NCBI GenBank assembly: GCA_963804645.1
Contig: CAWDRG010000015.1
Span: forward strand, 224,001-288,000
Direction of reading: 5' to 3'
DNA: 64,000 bases
Source: an uncultured Bacillota bacterium
GTDB taxonomy: Bacteria > Sysuimicrobiota > Sysuimicrobiia > Sysuimicrobiales > Segetimicrobiaceae
The notes beneath the pieces were generated by a model. The model saw nothing but the letters and a program-made list of their open reading frames with translations. It had not been told where the DNA came from and did no database searches. Position 1 is the first letter of the stretch; every line of letters starts with the position of its first letter. Below, one piece after another: positions 1 to 9,741 of the stretch. Both the position numbers and the translations under genes were made by a program.

Positions 1-183
1 GTCAATCACGGATTCGGGATCTACGATCCTAGTGGTCATTTGATGGCGCAAGTGCAGGCGATGCCCGGATATACGAACCACCTGGTGGTGCGCTTTTCAC
101 GGCCCGGTCAGTATCTGGTGCGGTGCCTGGAGTACTGCGGGAATCCCCATATCGCAATGATCGCCGTGCTCGACGTCCAATAG
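1..183 (+). CDS. Heme-copper oxidase subunit II, C-terminal CuA domain (partial, runs off window start)
   Basis: Frame 1 reads VNHGFGIYD...QAMPGYTN...CLEYCGNPHIAM..., a CuA motif (C-x-E-x-C-x3-H-x2-M). Stop TAG at 181-183. Confidence 0.93.
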   Translation, partial: VNHGFGIYDPSGHLMAQVQAMPGYTNHLVVRFSRPGQYLVRCLEYCGNPHIAMIAVLDVQ

Positions 184-197
184 GGCGGGCGACGGGG

Positions 198-1679
198 ATG
201 ACGGGAACACTGCTGAACGGGAAGAACGGCGCCGCACTCCGGGTCGCGCTCGTGTACCTGTATGTGGGATTGGTGTTGTTCCTGGTGATGGGCCTCTTCG
301 GTCTTGCGATGCAACTCGGCCACGCGCAGTTTCTCCAGGTCGATCCGGCCCACTACGACGAGTTCTTCACGTTGCACGGCGCGGGCATGGTCGCCGGCGT
401 GTTGCTTGGGGCGATGGGCGGCATCATTGCTGTGCTGAGCCCGCATGTGCGCCTCAACATCCGTCTTTTGTGGACCGCGTTCATTCTGTACATCCTCGGC
501 ATCGGCTACATTCCCATCGCCGTCCTGCTCGGAGGTTTTGCCGCTGGCTGGACGGTGCTGTACCCACTGCCGATCGCTTATCAGGCAGGATGGACGCCGT
601 GGGCCACGTTGGCGTTTCTGCTCGGCTACTTATTCGTCGCGCTGGGGTTCGGCGCGTGGTGCGTCGCAGTGGTGCTCGGGACCGCGCAGGCGTATGGGGG
701 GCTGCGACGCGCCCTGGCGTGGCCGCTTCTGTTCTCGCGGAGCGGAGGGAAGGACCCTGGTCCCGTACCATACCTCCAGGACATCGTCGCGACGGTGATC
801 GCCCTCTACGGAGCCTTCTCGGTCCTGGTCGGAGCGGTGTACCTGGTCCCGGTGTTTGGCCAGACTCTGAGCCTGACCGGTAACGTCGACGCGCTGCTCA
901 TGAAGAATCTTGTCTATCTGTTTGGCCACGACATGGCCAACCTCACGATTTACCTTGGGGCCGGGATCGTCTATGCGACCTTGCCGTTGTACGCCGGGCG
1001 GGCGTGGAAGACCACTCGGCTCAGTGCGTTTGCGATCAACCTGCTCCTTGTTTCCATCCTGCTTCCGTACTTCCACCATCTCTACGAAGATTTTGCCAAC
1101 AGCGTGCCGCTCCAGTTCATCGGAGAGGTTGGGTCGTACGGGGCGGCGCTGCCCGTCCTGTTGGTGACCGTGCTGGGCGCGCTCATGCTGGTCCACCGCT
1201 CCGGGCTGCGCCTTGCAGTCACGCCGATCCTGATGCTGATCGGACTCTGGGGATGGGTGTTGGGCGGGATCGGTGCCGTGATCGATGCGACGATTCCGGT
1301 CAACCAAGTGTATCACAACACGATGTGGGTACCGGCACACTTCCACACGTACTATCTGCTCGGGGTGGTCGCATTCGTCTGGGCGTTCCTCTACCATTTG
1401 GTGACCGACCTCAGCGGGAAGCCAGAGCCAAGACTGAGCCGCACCGCAGCATGGGTCTACGGCGGGGCCGGGGTGGGGTTCGTGATGACGTTCTTCATCT
1501 CCGGGGCGGCGGGGATGCCTCGACGTTATGCGGTCCCGGTGCCGAGTACTGGGGAGGAAACACTGGCTGCCATCGGCGCGGGTTTCACAACACTCTTGGG
1601 GCTTGCGCTGGTGTGGCTCACGTACGACCTTCTCGCCCGGTTAGGCCCCGCCTGGCAGCGCACGCGGGGAGCCGGTTGA
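198..1679 (+). CDS. Heme-copper oxidase superfamily subunit I, probably a B-family-derived nitric oxide reductase (sNOR-like)
   Basis: Multi-pass membrane protein with TLHG, FGHDMAN, FHHLY and AHFH His ligands and a GMPRRY motif. The His+4 residue is Asn, not Tyr. Confidence 0.88.
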   Translation: MTGTLLNGKNGAALRVALVYLYVGLVLFLVMGLFGLAMQLGHAQFLQVDPAHYDEFFTLHGAGMVAGVLLGAMGGIIAVLSPHVRLNIRLLWTAFILYILGIGYIPIAVLLGGFAAGWTVLYPLPIAYQAGWTPWATLAFLLGYLFVALGFGAWCVAVVLGTAQAYGGLRRALAWPLLFSRSGGKDPGPVPYLQDIVATVIALYGAFSVLVGAVYLVPVFGQTLSLTGNVDALLMKNLVYLFGHDMANLTIYLGAGIVYATLPLYAGRAWKTTRLSAFAINLLLVSILLPYFHHLYEDFANSVPLQFIGEVGSYGAALPVLLVTVLGALMLVHRSGLRLAVTPILMLIGLWGWVLGGIGAVIDATIPVNQVYHNTMWVPAHFHTYYLLGVVAFVWAFLYHLVTDLSGKPEPRLSRTAAWVYGGAGVGFVMTFFISGAAGMPRRYAVPVPSTGEETLAAIGAGFTTLLGLALVWLTYDLLARLGPAWQRTRGAG

Positions 1680-2605
1680 TGATGGAGAGTGCACGTCCGG
1701 CTACGGTCTGGACCGCGCTCAGCGTTCGGGCAGTCTACGGGCGCGTTGCGGTGGTCGCGGACTATCTGGCGCTGATGAAGCCGCGGATCATCCTGCTCTT
1801 GCTGATCACCACGGTCACGACGATGCTGATCGCGACGCCGCACCATGTTCCCGTGGGACTCCTCCTGCTGACTCTGCTGGGCGGAACGCTGGCCGCCGGG
1901 TCGGCGAATGCCTTCAACATGATCATCGATCGAGATACCGATGCGGTCATGCGCCGGACGCGCTCGCGTCCGGTGCCGGCGGGGCGCCTGCAAGTATCGC
2001 ACGTGCTCGCGTTCGGGACGGTCACGGGCCTGCTCTCTATCGTGATGCTGGGGGTCGGCGTGAACCTCGTGAGCGCGGGGCTCTCGACCGCGGGCCTCGT
2101 TTTCTATGTGGGCGTCTACACGCTCTGGTTGAAGCGGCGGACACCCAAGAATATCGTGATCGGCGGCGCGGCCGGCGCCGTGCCGCCGCTTGTGGGGTGG
2201 ACGGCCGTGACCGGGCACCTGGCAATGCCCGCGATGATCCTCTTCGGGATCGTCTTCCTGTGGACGCCGCCGCACTTCTGGGCGCTTGCTCTCGGGAAGG
2301 AGGACAAGTATCGTGCCGCGGCGGTCCCGATGCTTCCGGTCGTGCGCGGGGGGGCCGAGACCCGGCGACAGATCTTCGGGTACACGCTCGCGCTCGCCGC
2401 GATGACGCTCCTCCTGTACGCGCCTCTGCACGTGCTCGGGGTGACCTACCTGATCGCGGCCCTGGTCCTCGACGGTGTCTTCGTCGCGCTCGCGTGGGCG
2501 GTGCTGCGGGGCCGACCCCACATGGACGCGGCACTGTTCGCGTACTCGATTGTGTACCTGGCGCTTCTGTTCTCCGCCATGGCCATCGACCGCCTGGCGG
2601 GCTGA
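1679..2605 (+). CDS. ctaB: Protoheme IX farnesyltransferase (heme o synthase)
   Basis: Motifs LMKPRI, NMIIDRDTDAVMRRTRSRPVPAG, KRRTPKNIVIGGAAGAVPP and WTPPHFWAL. TGATG overlap with the upstream stop. Confidence 0.96.
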   Translation: MMESARPATVWTALSVRAVYGRVAVVADYLALMKPRIILLLLITTVTTMLIATPHHVPVGLLLLTLLGGTLAAGSANAFNMIIDRDTDAVMRRTRSRPVPAGRLQVSHVLAFGTVTGLLSIVMLGVGVNLVSAGLSTAGLVFYVGVYTLWLKRRTPKNIVIGGAAGAVPPLVGWTAVTGHLAMPAMILFGIVFLWTPPHFWALALGKEDKYRAAAVPMLPVVRGGAETRRQIFGYTLALAAMTLLLYAPLHVLGVTYLIAALVLDGVFVALAWAVLRGRPHMDAALFAYSIVYLALLFSAMAIDRLAG

Positions 2606-2650
2606 CGCCCCTTCGCTTTCATCACACTTCTGTGCGAGGGAGACCTGCGG

Positions 2651-3619
2651 GTGAGTTGGTCTGTCGTGCTCACAACCTGGCACTGGCGCTCCGACGTGCT
2701 CCCGGTGTTGGTGATCGTGGTGGGCGTGTATCTGCGCGGGTGGATGGCGCTCAGGGCCCGCGGTTACGAGCGGGCCGCTCCAGCGCGCCGCCTCGTCGCC
2801 TTCGTGGGTGGCTGGGCGGTGGTGGCGGTGGCGCTCTTAGGCCCGCTCGATGCTTTCCAGTCGGTACGCTTCTCGATCCACATGGGCGAGCACGAACTGC
2901 TGATGATCGTCGCCGCTCCGCTCGTGCTGCTGGGAAGGCCATTGGCTGTGGCCGTGTGGGGGCTTCCGCGGCCTCTGCGGATATGGATCGGACGATCTCT
3001 TCGTCCGGCGGCACCGCCACGCCGCCTGTTCGACCTGGTGACGCGTCCGGCCGCCGCGTGGGGTATCTCCACGGGACTCCTCTGGGCGTGGCATGCTCCT
3101 GCCGCATACAACGCGGTGGAGGTGAATGGATTTCTCCACAACCTTCAGCACCTGTCCTTTTTTGCGGCGGGCCTTCTGCTTTGGTGGCCCGTCATTGGGA
3201 CCCCGCCATCGGGGCATCCGATGAGCCTGGCGGGGCGCGTCGGCTACCTGGCCGCCGCCATGGCGCAGCGAACGCTACTCGGGGGCATCATCACCCTGTC
3301 CGACCGGGTGCTCTTCAGTTACTATCAGGATCTGCCCGGCGTCGGAGTGACCTCGGCGCTTCACGATCAGCGCGTGGCCGGTGCGATCATGTGGTTCGGA
3401 AGTGGGATCGCGCTCCTCGCCGGGACCCTACTGGTAATTTGGAACGTCCCGCTGGCCCCCGGGGAATCGGACGGACCGGCGGTCCGAAATCGGCCCTGCG
3501 AGCGGAAGAGTAGAGGCTCGATCAATGAAGCGGGTGTTCATCGGACACCGGACGCCGACGATCCGTATGACACAGAGGTCCGGCGGATCGTCGACGAATG
3601 CTACAGCCGGGCGCGATAG
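2651..3619 (+). CDS. ctaG: Cytochrome c oxidase assembly factor, caa3-type CtaG family (C-terminal tail runs into an FtsH-like remnant)
   Basis: Motifs FSIHMGEHELLMIVAAPL, WAWHAPAAY, LHNLQH and DQRVAGAIMW. Confidence 0.88.
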   Translation: MSWSVVLTTWHWRSDVLPVLVIVVGVYLRGWMALRARGYERAAPARRLVAFVGGWAVVAVALLGPLDAFQSVRFSIHMGEHELLMIVAAPLVLLGRPLAVAVWGLPRPLRIWIGRSLRPAAPPRRLFDLVTRPAAAWGISTGLLWAWHAPAAYNAVEVNGFLHNLQHLSFFAAGLLLWWPVIGTPPSGHPMSLAGRVGYLAAAMAQRTLLGGIITLSDRVLFSYYQDLPGVGVTSALHDQRVAGAIMWFGSGIALLAGTLLVIWNVPLAPGESDGPAVRNRPCERKSRGSINEAGVHRTPDADDPYDTEVRRIVDECYSRAR

Positions 3620-3720
3620 GTGCGGACGGAGCACAAGGCGCTGCTGGAGTGGATGGCCAGGGTGCTGCTGGAACGGGGATCGCTCAAGCACCACGAGCTC
3701 GACGCCCTCATCGCCGGACC
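3568..3720 (+). pseudogene. Remnant resembling the C-terminal helices of FtsH
   Basis: Reading through TAG at 3617-3619 gives DTEVRRIVDECYSRAR*VRTEHKALLEWMARVLLERGSLKHHELDAL, which resembles the end of the FtsH M41 domain. Confidence 0.6.
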
Positions 3721-3924
3721 TTCCATAACGGAGCATGGTCCACTGGGACTGCGCGCCATGAGGAACATCCGAGTGGACACCGCGGGACCATCCCATGAAC
3801 ATTCGGTGGCAACCGCCACGGGCGAGCCGCTCGTGTATCGGATAGCGGTCGGGCCAACGGTCGTGACGCCCCCGCCCACCGAACAGGATGACGCGGAGGT
3901 AGTAGTCGGGCTGCGGCGGGGTCG

Positions 3925-5064
3925 GTGGCGATAAGGCCGACCACGCCGCGGGAGGGGCGGGGCCGCGCCGAGTCGCGGGGAGGCCGGCTGGCCCTGATGG
4001 TGCTCAGCACCCTCGCGCTGTTCGGGGGGATGTGGGCGGGCCTTGAGCGCATGGGATGGCCGCTGCCGTCGTTTGCCCCGGCGTTGCCCGTTGCACACGG
4101 CCCGCTCATGGTGTCCGGGTTTTTCGGCACGCTCATCACCCTCGAGCGGGCGGTTGCCATCCAAGAGCCGTGGGCATATGCCGCGCCGTTGTTGAGCGGT
4201 CTCGGCGGCCTCGCGCTTCTCGGCGGTGTGCCGGCCCCGGTCGGACCGCTCTTGATCACACTCGGCAGCCTCGGTCTCGTTGGGATCTTCGGCCGCCTCA
4301 TGCAGCGTCAGCTCGCGTGGTTCGCGGTGATCATGGAAATGGGCGCGCTTATGTGGCTCATGGCGAACGTCGCGTGGCTTGCCGGCGTGGCCCTCCCGGT
4401 CGTCGTCTCGTGGCTCGCCGGCTTTCTCGTCCTCACCATCGTGGGCGAGCGGCTCGAGCTCAGCCGCCTGGCGGGGCGAGACCGCGGCCGTCAGACCGCC
4501 TTCGTCGCGATCACCGCGGTGTACGTGCTCGGGCTCGCGCTTTCGGGCACGACGGGGGCGCCAGGGCAGCGGCTTGCCGGACTCGCAATGGTTGGGCTGG
4601 CGGGATGGTTATGGCGGTACGACATCGCCCGATACACAGTCCGACGGCCGGGTCTCCCCCGCTTCATCGCGGTCGGCCTCTTGTCTGGCTACGTTTGGCT
4701 GGGCGTCGGCGGCGTGCTGTGGGTGGCGTTCGGGGGGGCCCTGACCGGACCACACTACGACGCGATGTTGCACGCAGTCTTCCTCGGGTTCGTGTTCTCG
4801 ATGGTGTTTGCGCACGCGCCGATCATCCTCCCGGCCGTCCTCGGCGGGGCTGTGCCGTATCGGGCGTGGTTCTATAGCCACATCGGGCTGCTCAACTTCT
4901 CACTCGTCGTGCGCCTTGCGGGAGATCTCGACGGCTGGGATTCGGTGCGGGCGTGGGGCGGGCTGTTCGGCGTGGCCGCCATTCTCCTCTTCCTGCTCAA
5001 CACGCTGTCCTCGGCGGCAACAGCTCGCCGGGCGCGACCTCATCCAGCGGAGCACCATCCATGA
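3925..5064 (+). CDS. Polytopic membrane protein, NnrS-like
   Basis: About 12 hydrophobic segments with HGPLMVSGFFGTLITLERAV and YDAMLHAVFLGFVFSMVFAHAP. Such proteins are recalled from NO-metabolism loci. Confidence 0.7.
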   Translation: MAIRPTTPREGRGRAESRGGRLALMVLSTLALFGGMWAGLERMGWPLPSFAPALPVAHGPLMVSGFFGTLITLERAVAIQEPWAYAAPLLSGLGGLALLGGVPAPVGPLLITLGSLGLVGIFGRLMQRQLAWFAVIMEMGALMWLMANVAWLAGVALPVVVSWLAGFLVLTIVGERLELSRLAGRDRGRQTAFVAITAVYVLGLALSGTTGAPGQRLAGLAMVGLAGWLWRYDIARYTVRRPGLPRFIAVGLLSGYVWLGVGGVLWVAFGGALTGPHYDAMLHAVFLGFVFSMVFAHAPIILPAVLGGAVPYRAWFYSHIGLLNFSLVVRLAGDLDGWDSVRAWGGLFGVAAILLFLLNTLSSAATARRARPHPAEHHP

Positions 5065-5565
5065 CATGGTACCTCATCGCGGTTTCACTCCACATCCTCG
5101 CGGCTTGCGTGTGGATCGGCGGCATGGTGTTCCTCGCCGCGGTGCTGCTCCCCGCGCTCCGTCAGCCGGACTATCGCGGCGTGGCGCTGCCGCTCATCCG
5201 TACGACCGCGATCCGGTTTCGATGGGTGGGGTGGGCCGCGCTGCTCACGCTGGTGATGACCGGCTGTGCGAACCTCGCGGTTCGAGGGTACGGGTGGCGA
5301 CAGGCGCGGGACGGCGAGTTGTGGCACGGATGGTTCGGGCACGTGCTGGGGTTGAAGCTCCTGTTCGTCGCGCTGGTGTTGTTGCTCAGCGCGTGGCACG
5401 ATCTTGCGGCCAGCGGGCAGATGACGAGAATGACGCGAGATAATGCCGGGCCGATCGAACTCCGGCGGTTCCGGCGGCGGGCCGCATGGGTCGGCCGGAT
5501 TGTGCTGTATCCTGTCGGTCGCGATCGTCGTCTTGGGCGTCACCCTCGCCCGTGGGGTTCCCTAG
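5061..5565 (+). CDS. CopD-like/DUF4149 membrane protein, 1-nt frameshift near 5508
   Basis: ATGA overlap at 5061 and an LHILAACVWIGGMVF motif. The last helix ILSVAIVVLGVTLARGVP* continues in another frame to TAG 5563-5565. Confidence 0.75.
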
Positions 5566-6055
5566 CTTTGATGGTCGTTGATCGTCGGAGGCGGTCTCAT
5601 CGGGACTGCGGCGATCAGAGCGTCACGTGTCCCGCGGTCGATTGCCCTGGGTGCCCTCGCAACGGACAAACATCCCGGCTCCACACCGGCGACGGCAGGT
5701 CACTTCTACCCCGGCGTTGACAAACAGCGCAGGCAGATCCGGATGAGTCTGCTCCCCGGACGGGGAGCGAACATCGAGCTCAAGGTCACGCTGCCACTCC
5801 ACAGTATTGTGGTAATCACAATTGAATTTGCCTAGGTACCGGGCGGACCAATGCGCCAACGGCTCTGCTCCAATTCGCGCATGGCATCTGATGGCAGGAG
5901 GTTTGATCAGGACCAGTAATAAGCGTTCGCCACCTTGTCTCGCTGGCATCGAGATGTTGCAGCTGTACCGAGGTGTTGTCGCAGGCGTGGACCGGTACGG
6001 GCACCCAAGGCATCCTTCCTCCCCCTGAGGTTCCGTCGAATAGGCGTGTAAATCT

Positions 6056-6443
6056 TCAGGCGGCGACCTCCTGACCGTTGGTCGTGACTTTCACGCCATT
6101 CACGAACTTCACGCCTAGGTAGACCTCAGTGGCACGCTCCGGGGCGGTGAGCCGTCGGAAGCGGCGCTCCGCGACCAGCAACAGCTTCCAGATGATCGCG
6201 CGCGCGTTGGCAACCTTCTTGAAGCGTTTCGCGGCATCCGTGCGCAACCGCAAGGCCGCAAAGGGTGACTCCACCGGGTTCGACGTCCGCAGATGTGACC
6301 AGTGCTCCCGGGGGAACTGGTAGAAGGTGACGAACCGGTCCCAGTCGCGATCCAGTACGCGCACGGCGTCCTCGTGCCCCCGGCCGGTGGCCCAGCGCTG
6401 GAAGGCGGCCTTCCGCCGCTCGGCCTCCTCCCGCGTCTCCGCG
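6056..6443 (-). pseudogene. IS256 transposase, C-terminal part
   Basis: Reads ETREEAERR...FYQFPREHWSHLRTSNPVESPFAALRLRT. It joins ...AIAYA from 11516+ in frame once the IS21 is removed. Confidence 0.92.
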
Positions 6444-6752
6444 TGCGTATTTCGCTCATCGTGAACAGTCATTTCGCTCCATCGTGAACACCGTGATCGG
6501 TGATCGTGAACGGAGCGCAAGCGACGATCCCGGAGCATCGCGACGCTGGGCCGGACGAGCGAACAGCGCCTCCCTTCTTCTCGTGGTCGATTGCCGAAGC
6601 TAGCCCTTTCGTTTCGATTACGGATGAGTAACTCCTCGGTGGCGGTCGTCCCCCGGAATGCCGTCCTGCACTGACGCACCGGCTAGACGTGGACAAAAGC
6701 AGCCCCTTGGAAAGCCCGTGGTGGCGTTTTGCACACTCGGGGAGGCATGGCG

Positions 6753-7145
6753 CTACCCCTCCTTCGCCGGCTTCTCGCGGACTTTCCGCATCGAGTCGCC
6801 CTTGAGTTCAATGCGATGAGCATGATGCAGGATACGATCACAGATGGCGTCGGCCAGGGTCGGGTGCGCCAAATAATCGTGCCAGAGCGCCGGAGCGAGT
6901 TGACTCGTGATCACGGTCGACCTGAGGTCGTAGCGATCCTCGAGGATTTCGAGCAGATCCTGGCGGTCTTGGTCTTGGACCGGCGCCAGCCCCCAATCGT
7001 CGAGCACGAGGACATCGACGCGCGCGAGGCGCGCCAAGAGGCGCGGATAGGTCCCGGCGGCCCGCGCCAGCGTAAGTTCGTGGAACAGCCGCGAGGTACG
7101 CCAATAGAGTGCGCGATAGCCCTGTCGGCAGGCTTGGTGCGCTAA
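6753..7145 (-). pseudogene. istB: IstB helper ATPase, C-terminal part
   Basis: Reads LAHQACRQGY...VDVLVLDDWG...TVITSQ...TLADAICDRILH...LKGDSMRK. Confidence 0.93.
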
Positions 7146-7250
7146 CCCGGATAATTCATGTCTTTGATGGCAAGACCCTCGTCTGGAACCGGAAACGCGT
7201 GTCGAATCGCGGCTTGAAGCACACCGGGAGCCGATGAGCGTCTGTACAAA

Positions 7251-7628
7251 TCACAACACCGTGTTCGTGGACTTGCGCGGTGCTCGCTTGGCTCGCTTCG
7301 GGTCGGCCAGCGCGCGTAAGAGGCGGTCGGTTTCCCGAAGCGACAGGGCCTCCATCCGACGGACGAGCACGCGCAGCTGCCGGTGGTTATGCAGCCATTC
7401 CTCACAGAGCCGCGCCTGAGCTTCATTCAAGCGCACGCTGACGGTCTTGCCCCGCACTTTGTAGCTCCACTGATAGTAGGGTCCGTGCAGTTGGGGCGGA
7501 TCGGCCATGCACCGGCACCCCGGATTACCACACGGCATGAAACGCCGCACCACGCTGCCCGGGCGGACGAACCCCAAGCTTCCGACCGCTTGTTTGAGCG
7601 CGTCATACTGTTGCTGACTCGCTGCCAT
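7251..7628 (-). CDS. Small Cys/His protein (DUF6788-like), IS1380 passenger
   Basis: Contains GSVVRRFMPCGNPGCRCMADPPQLHGPYYQW and has a GGAGGAG RBS. Clear paralog of 12552-12905. Confidence 0.85.
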   Translation of the reverse strand: MAASQQQYDALKQAVGSLGFVRPGSVVRRFMPCGNPGCRCMADPPQLHGPYYQWSYKVRGKTVSVRLNEAQARLCEEWLHNHRQLRVLVRRMEALSLRETDRLLRALADPKRAKRAPRKSTNTVL

Positions 7629-7688
7629 CGTCGCTCCTCCCACGTCCCCGACGTCTGCGGGGCGGCACGTGGACACGTGGATGGCCCC

Positions 7689-7721
7689 TTGACTTCTGGA
7701 AGTATATCAGTTATATTACTG
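7689..7721 (+). promoter_or_regulatory. Sigma70-type promoter facing the IS1380 transposase, with a short IR around the -10
   Basis: TTGACT-17 nt-TATATT, with the -10 flanked by CAGT and ACTG. Confidence 0.6.
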
Positions 7722-7798
7722 TAAGTCCACCGGGCCTGTCACCTCGCGCGCGCCATCGTCCGCGCGGTCCACCGCGTGCCCCTGGGGGGGATGGTCTC

Positions 7799-9159
7799 AT
7801 GCTGTTGCAGTTCGCCGGGCTCTTTCCGAAACCCGTCGTCGTGGCGTGCGATCAGTTACAGGGCAGTTCGGACGGGGGCGCCATCCTGCTCCGGGCCGCC
7901 GATCTGTGCCTGCGCTTCACCGCGCAACTGGCTCCGTGCCTGGATGATCCGCGCCAGCCCGGCAAGGTGGCGCACGACTCGCGGCCCTGCTGGCGCAGCG
8001 CGTGTACGGCATCGCGTGTGGCTACGCGGATGCCAATGACGCGGCGCACGTGGCGCACGATCCCATCCATAAGCTGCTGCTGGGGCGGGATCCGCTCGCG
8101 GGCGCGGCCTTGGCCTCGCAACCGACGCTCTCACGGTTCGAGAATGCCGTCGACTCCAAGGACGTGTACCGGATGGGCGAGAGGCTGGCGGACTGTGTGA
8201 TCGAGCGTCACCGGCGCCGGCTGCACGGGCGGACGAAGCGCATCACGATCGACCTGGACCCGACCGACGACCCGACGCACGGCGCGCAGCAATTAACCTT
8301 TTGGAATGGGCATTACGACACGTGGTGCTATCTGCCGCTCGTCGCCTTTCTGACCTTCAACAACGAGGCGGAGCAATATCTGGTCGCCGCGGTGTTGCGG
8401 CCGGGCAATGCGTCGGCGAAGGACGGGGCGATCGGGATATTGCGGCGCCTCCTGGCCCGGGTGCGGGCGGCGTTCCCCCTCGCCCGCATTCGGGTACGGT
8501 TGGACGGCGGGTTCGCCGGTCCGGAGGTGTTGACGTTCCTCGAGGCGCAGCCAGGGGTCGCGTATGTGGTGGCGATGGCCAAGAATGACGTGCTGCTCCG
8601 GCTCGCGGAGCGCGCGATGCGGCAGGCGCGGCAGCGGTCAAAGACGAGCGGGCAGACCGAGCATCTCTACGGCGAGGGCCGCTATGCCGCCAAGAGCTGG
8701 AAGGGGGCACTGCGGCGGGTGATTTTCAAAGCCGAGGTCGTCCGGCTCGCCGACCGCGCGCCCAAAGACAATCCGCGGTTCCTCATCACCAATCTCAAGC
8801 GGAGCCCACGGTGGATCTATGCGCACGTGTACTGCGAGCGTGGCGACATCGAGAACCGCATCAAAGAACTCCACGAGGGGATGGAGATCGATCGCACGAG
8901 CTGCTCCACGTTCCTCGCGAACCAGTTCCGCGTCCTGCTGACGGCCGCGGCGTACGTGTTACTGCAGGAGGTGCGGCTGCGGGCGGCGGGCACGGCGTGT
9001 GCGCGAGCCCAGATCGGGACCTTGCGCGAGCGGCTGCTGAAGCTCGGCGCGCGGGTGGACGTCTCCGTGCGCCGCGTGGTCATTCATTTCCCCGTCGCGT
9101 TCCCGTTCCGGAGCAGCTTCGACAAGATCGCCTTGGCCTTCGGCGGGCTGCTCAGATAG
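7799..9159 (+). CDS. IS1380 DDE transposase, 1-nt frameshift near 7978
   Basis: N-terminus SSDGGAILL, then ASQPTLSRFEN, IDLDPTDDPTHGAQQL, VRLDGGF and YCERGDIENRIKE. Confidence 0.93.
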
Positions 9160-9362
9160 CACATCCACGGTCTTCGGCCACATTCTGAAGGTCGTCTCCG
9201 CAGTACACCCCCCAAGAAATACCTGTCGTCCGACTCGGCCCAAATTGGCGGTGCGCCGCTGAACACCCGTTCGCATGAACCCGCTGAAGTATCACCAACA
9301 TCGTCAATGCACATATACTGCACTGAGATAGCCGTTTGCAGTCGCTTCATGAATAATCCGGG

Positions 9363-9723
9363 CTAAGGCGCAGGCGAGGAAGCTCTTGCCGGTGCCGCAG
9401 GCGCCGACAATGATCACGGCGTGATGTTCGGCGACCCACCGACAGGTCGCGAGTTGGCGCAGCTGGCTGCGCTCAAGGCCGCGTCGGGTCGCGTAGTCGA
9501 CGGCCTCGAGGCAGGCATGACTGGGGCGGAGCTTGGCCTCCTGCAAGGCGCGTGCGAGGCGCCGATTCTCGCGGGCGAGCCATTCCGCTTCGACCAGCAG
9601 CGCGAGCCGCTCATCGAAGGCGAGCGCCGTGACGTTGGGATCCTGCTGTTGCGCCTCCCACGCAGCGACCATGGCTTGCAGCCGGAGCGCACCGAGTTTC
9701 TCGACCGTCGGGTTCGTCAGCAT
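9363..9723 (-). pseudogene. istB: IstB helper ATPase, N-terminal part
   Basis: Reads MLTNPTVEKL...FDERLALLVEAE...GACGTGKSFLACALA (Walker A) and is cut by IS1380. Confidence 0.93.
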
Positions 9724-9741
9724 ACACTGCTCCTTTTGGCG

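Larger units (their letters stand above)
7146..9362 (+). mobile_element. IS1380-family element carrying a divergent passenger gene
   Basis: IRs CCCGGATAATTCATG and CATGAATAATCCGGG. TSD CTAA at 7142-7145 and 9363-9366. Removal restores IstB ...ACALAHQAC. Confidence 0.95.
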
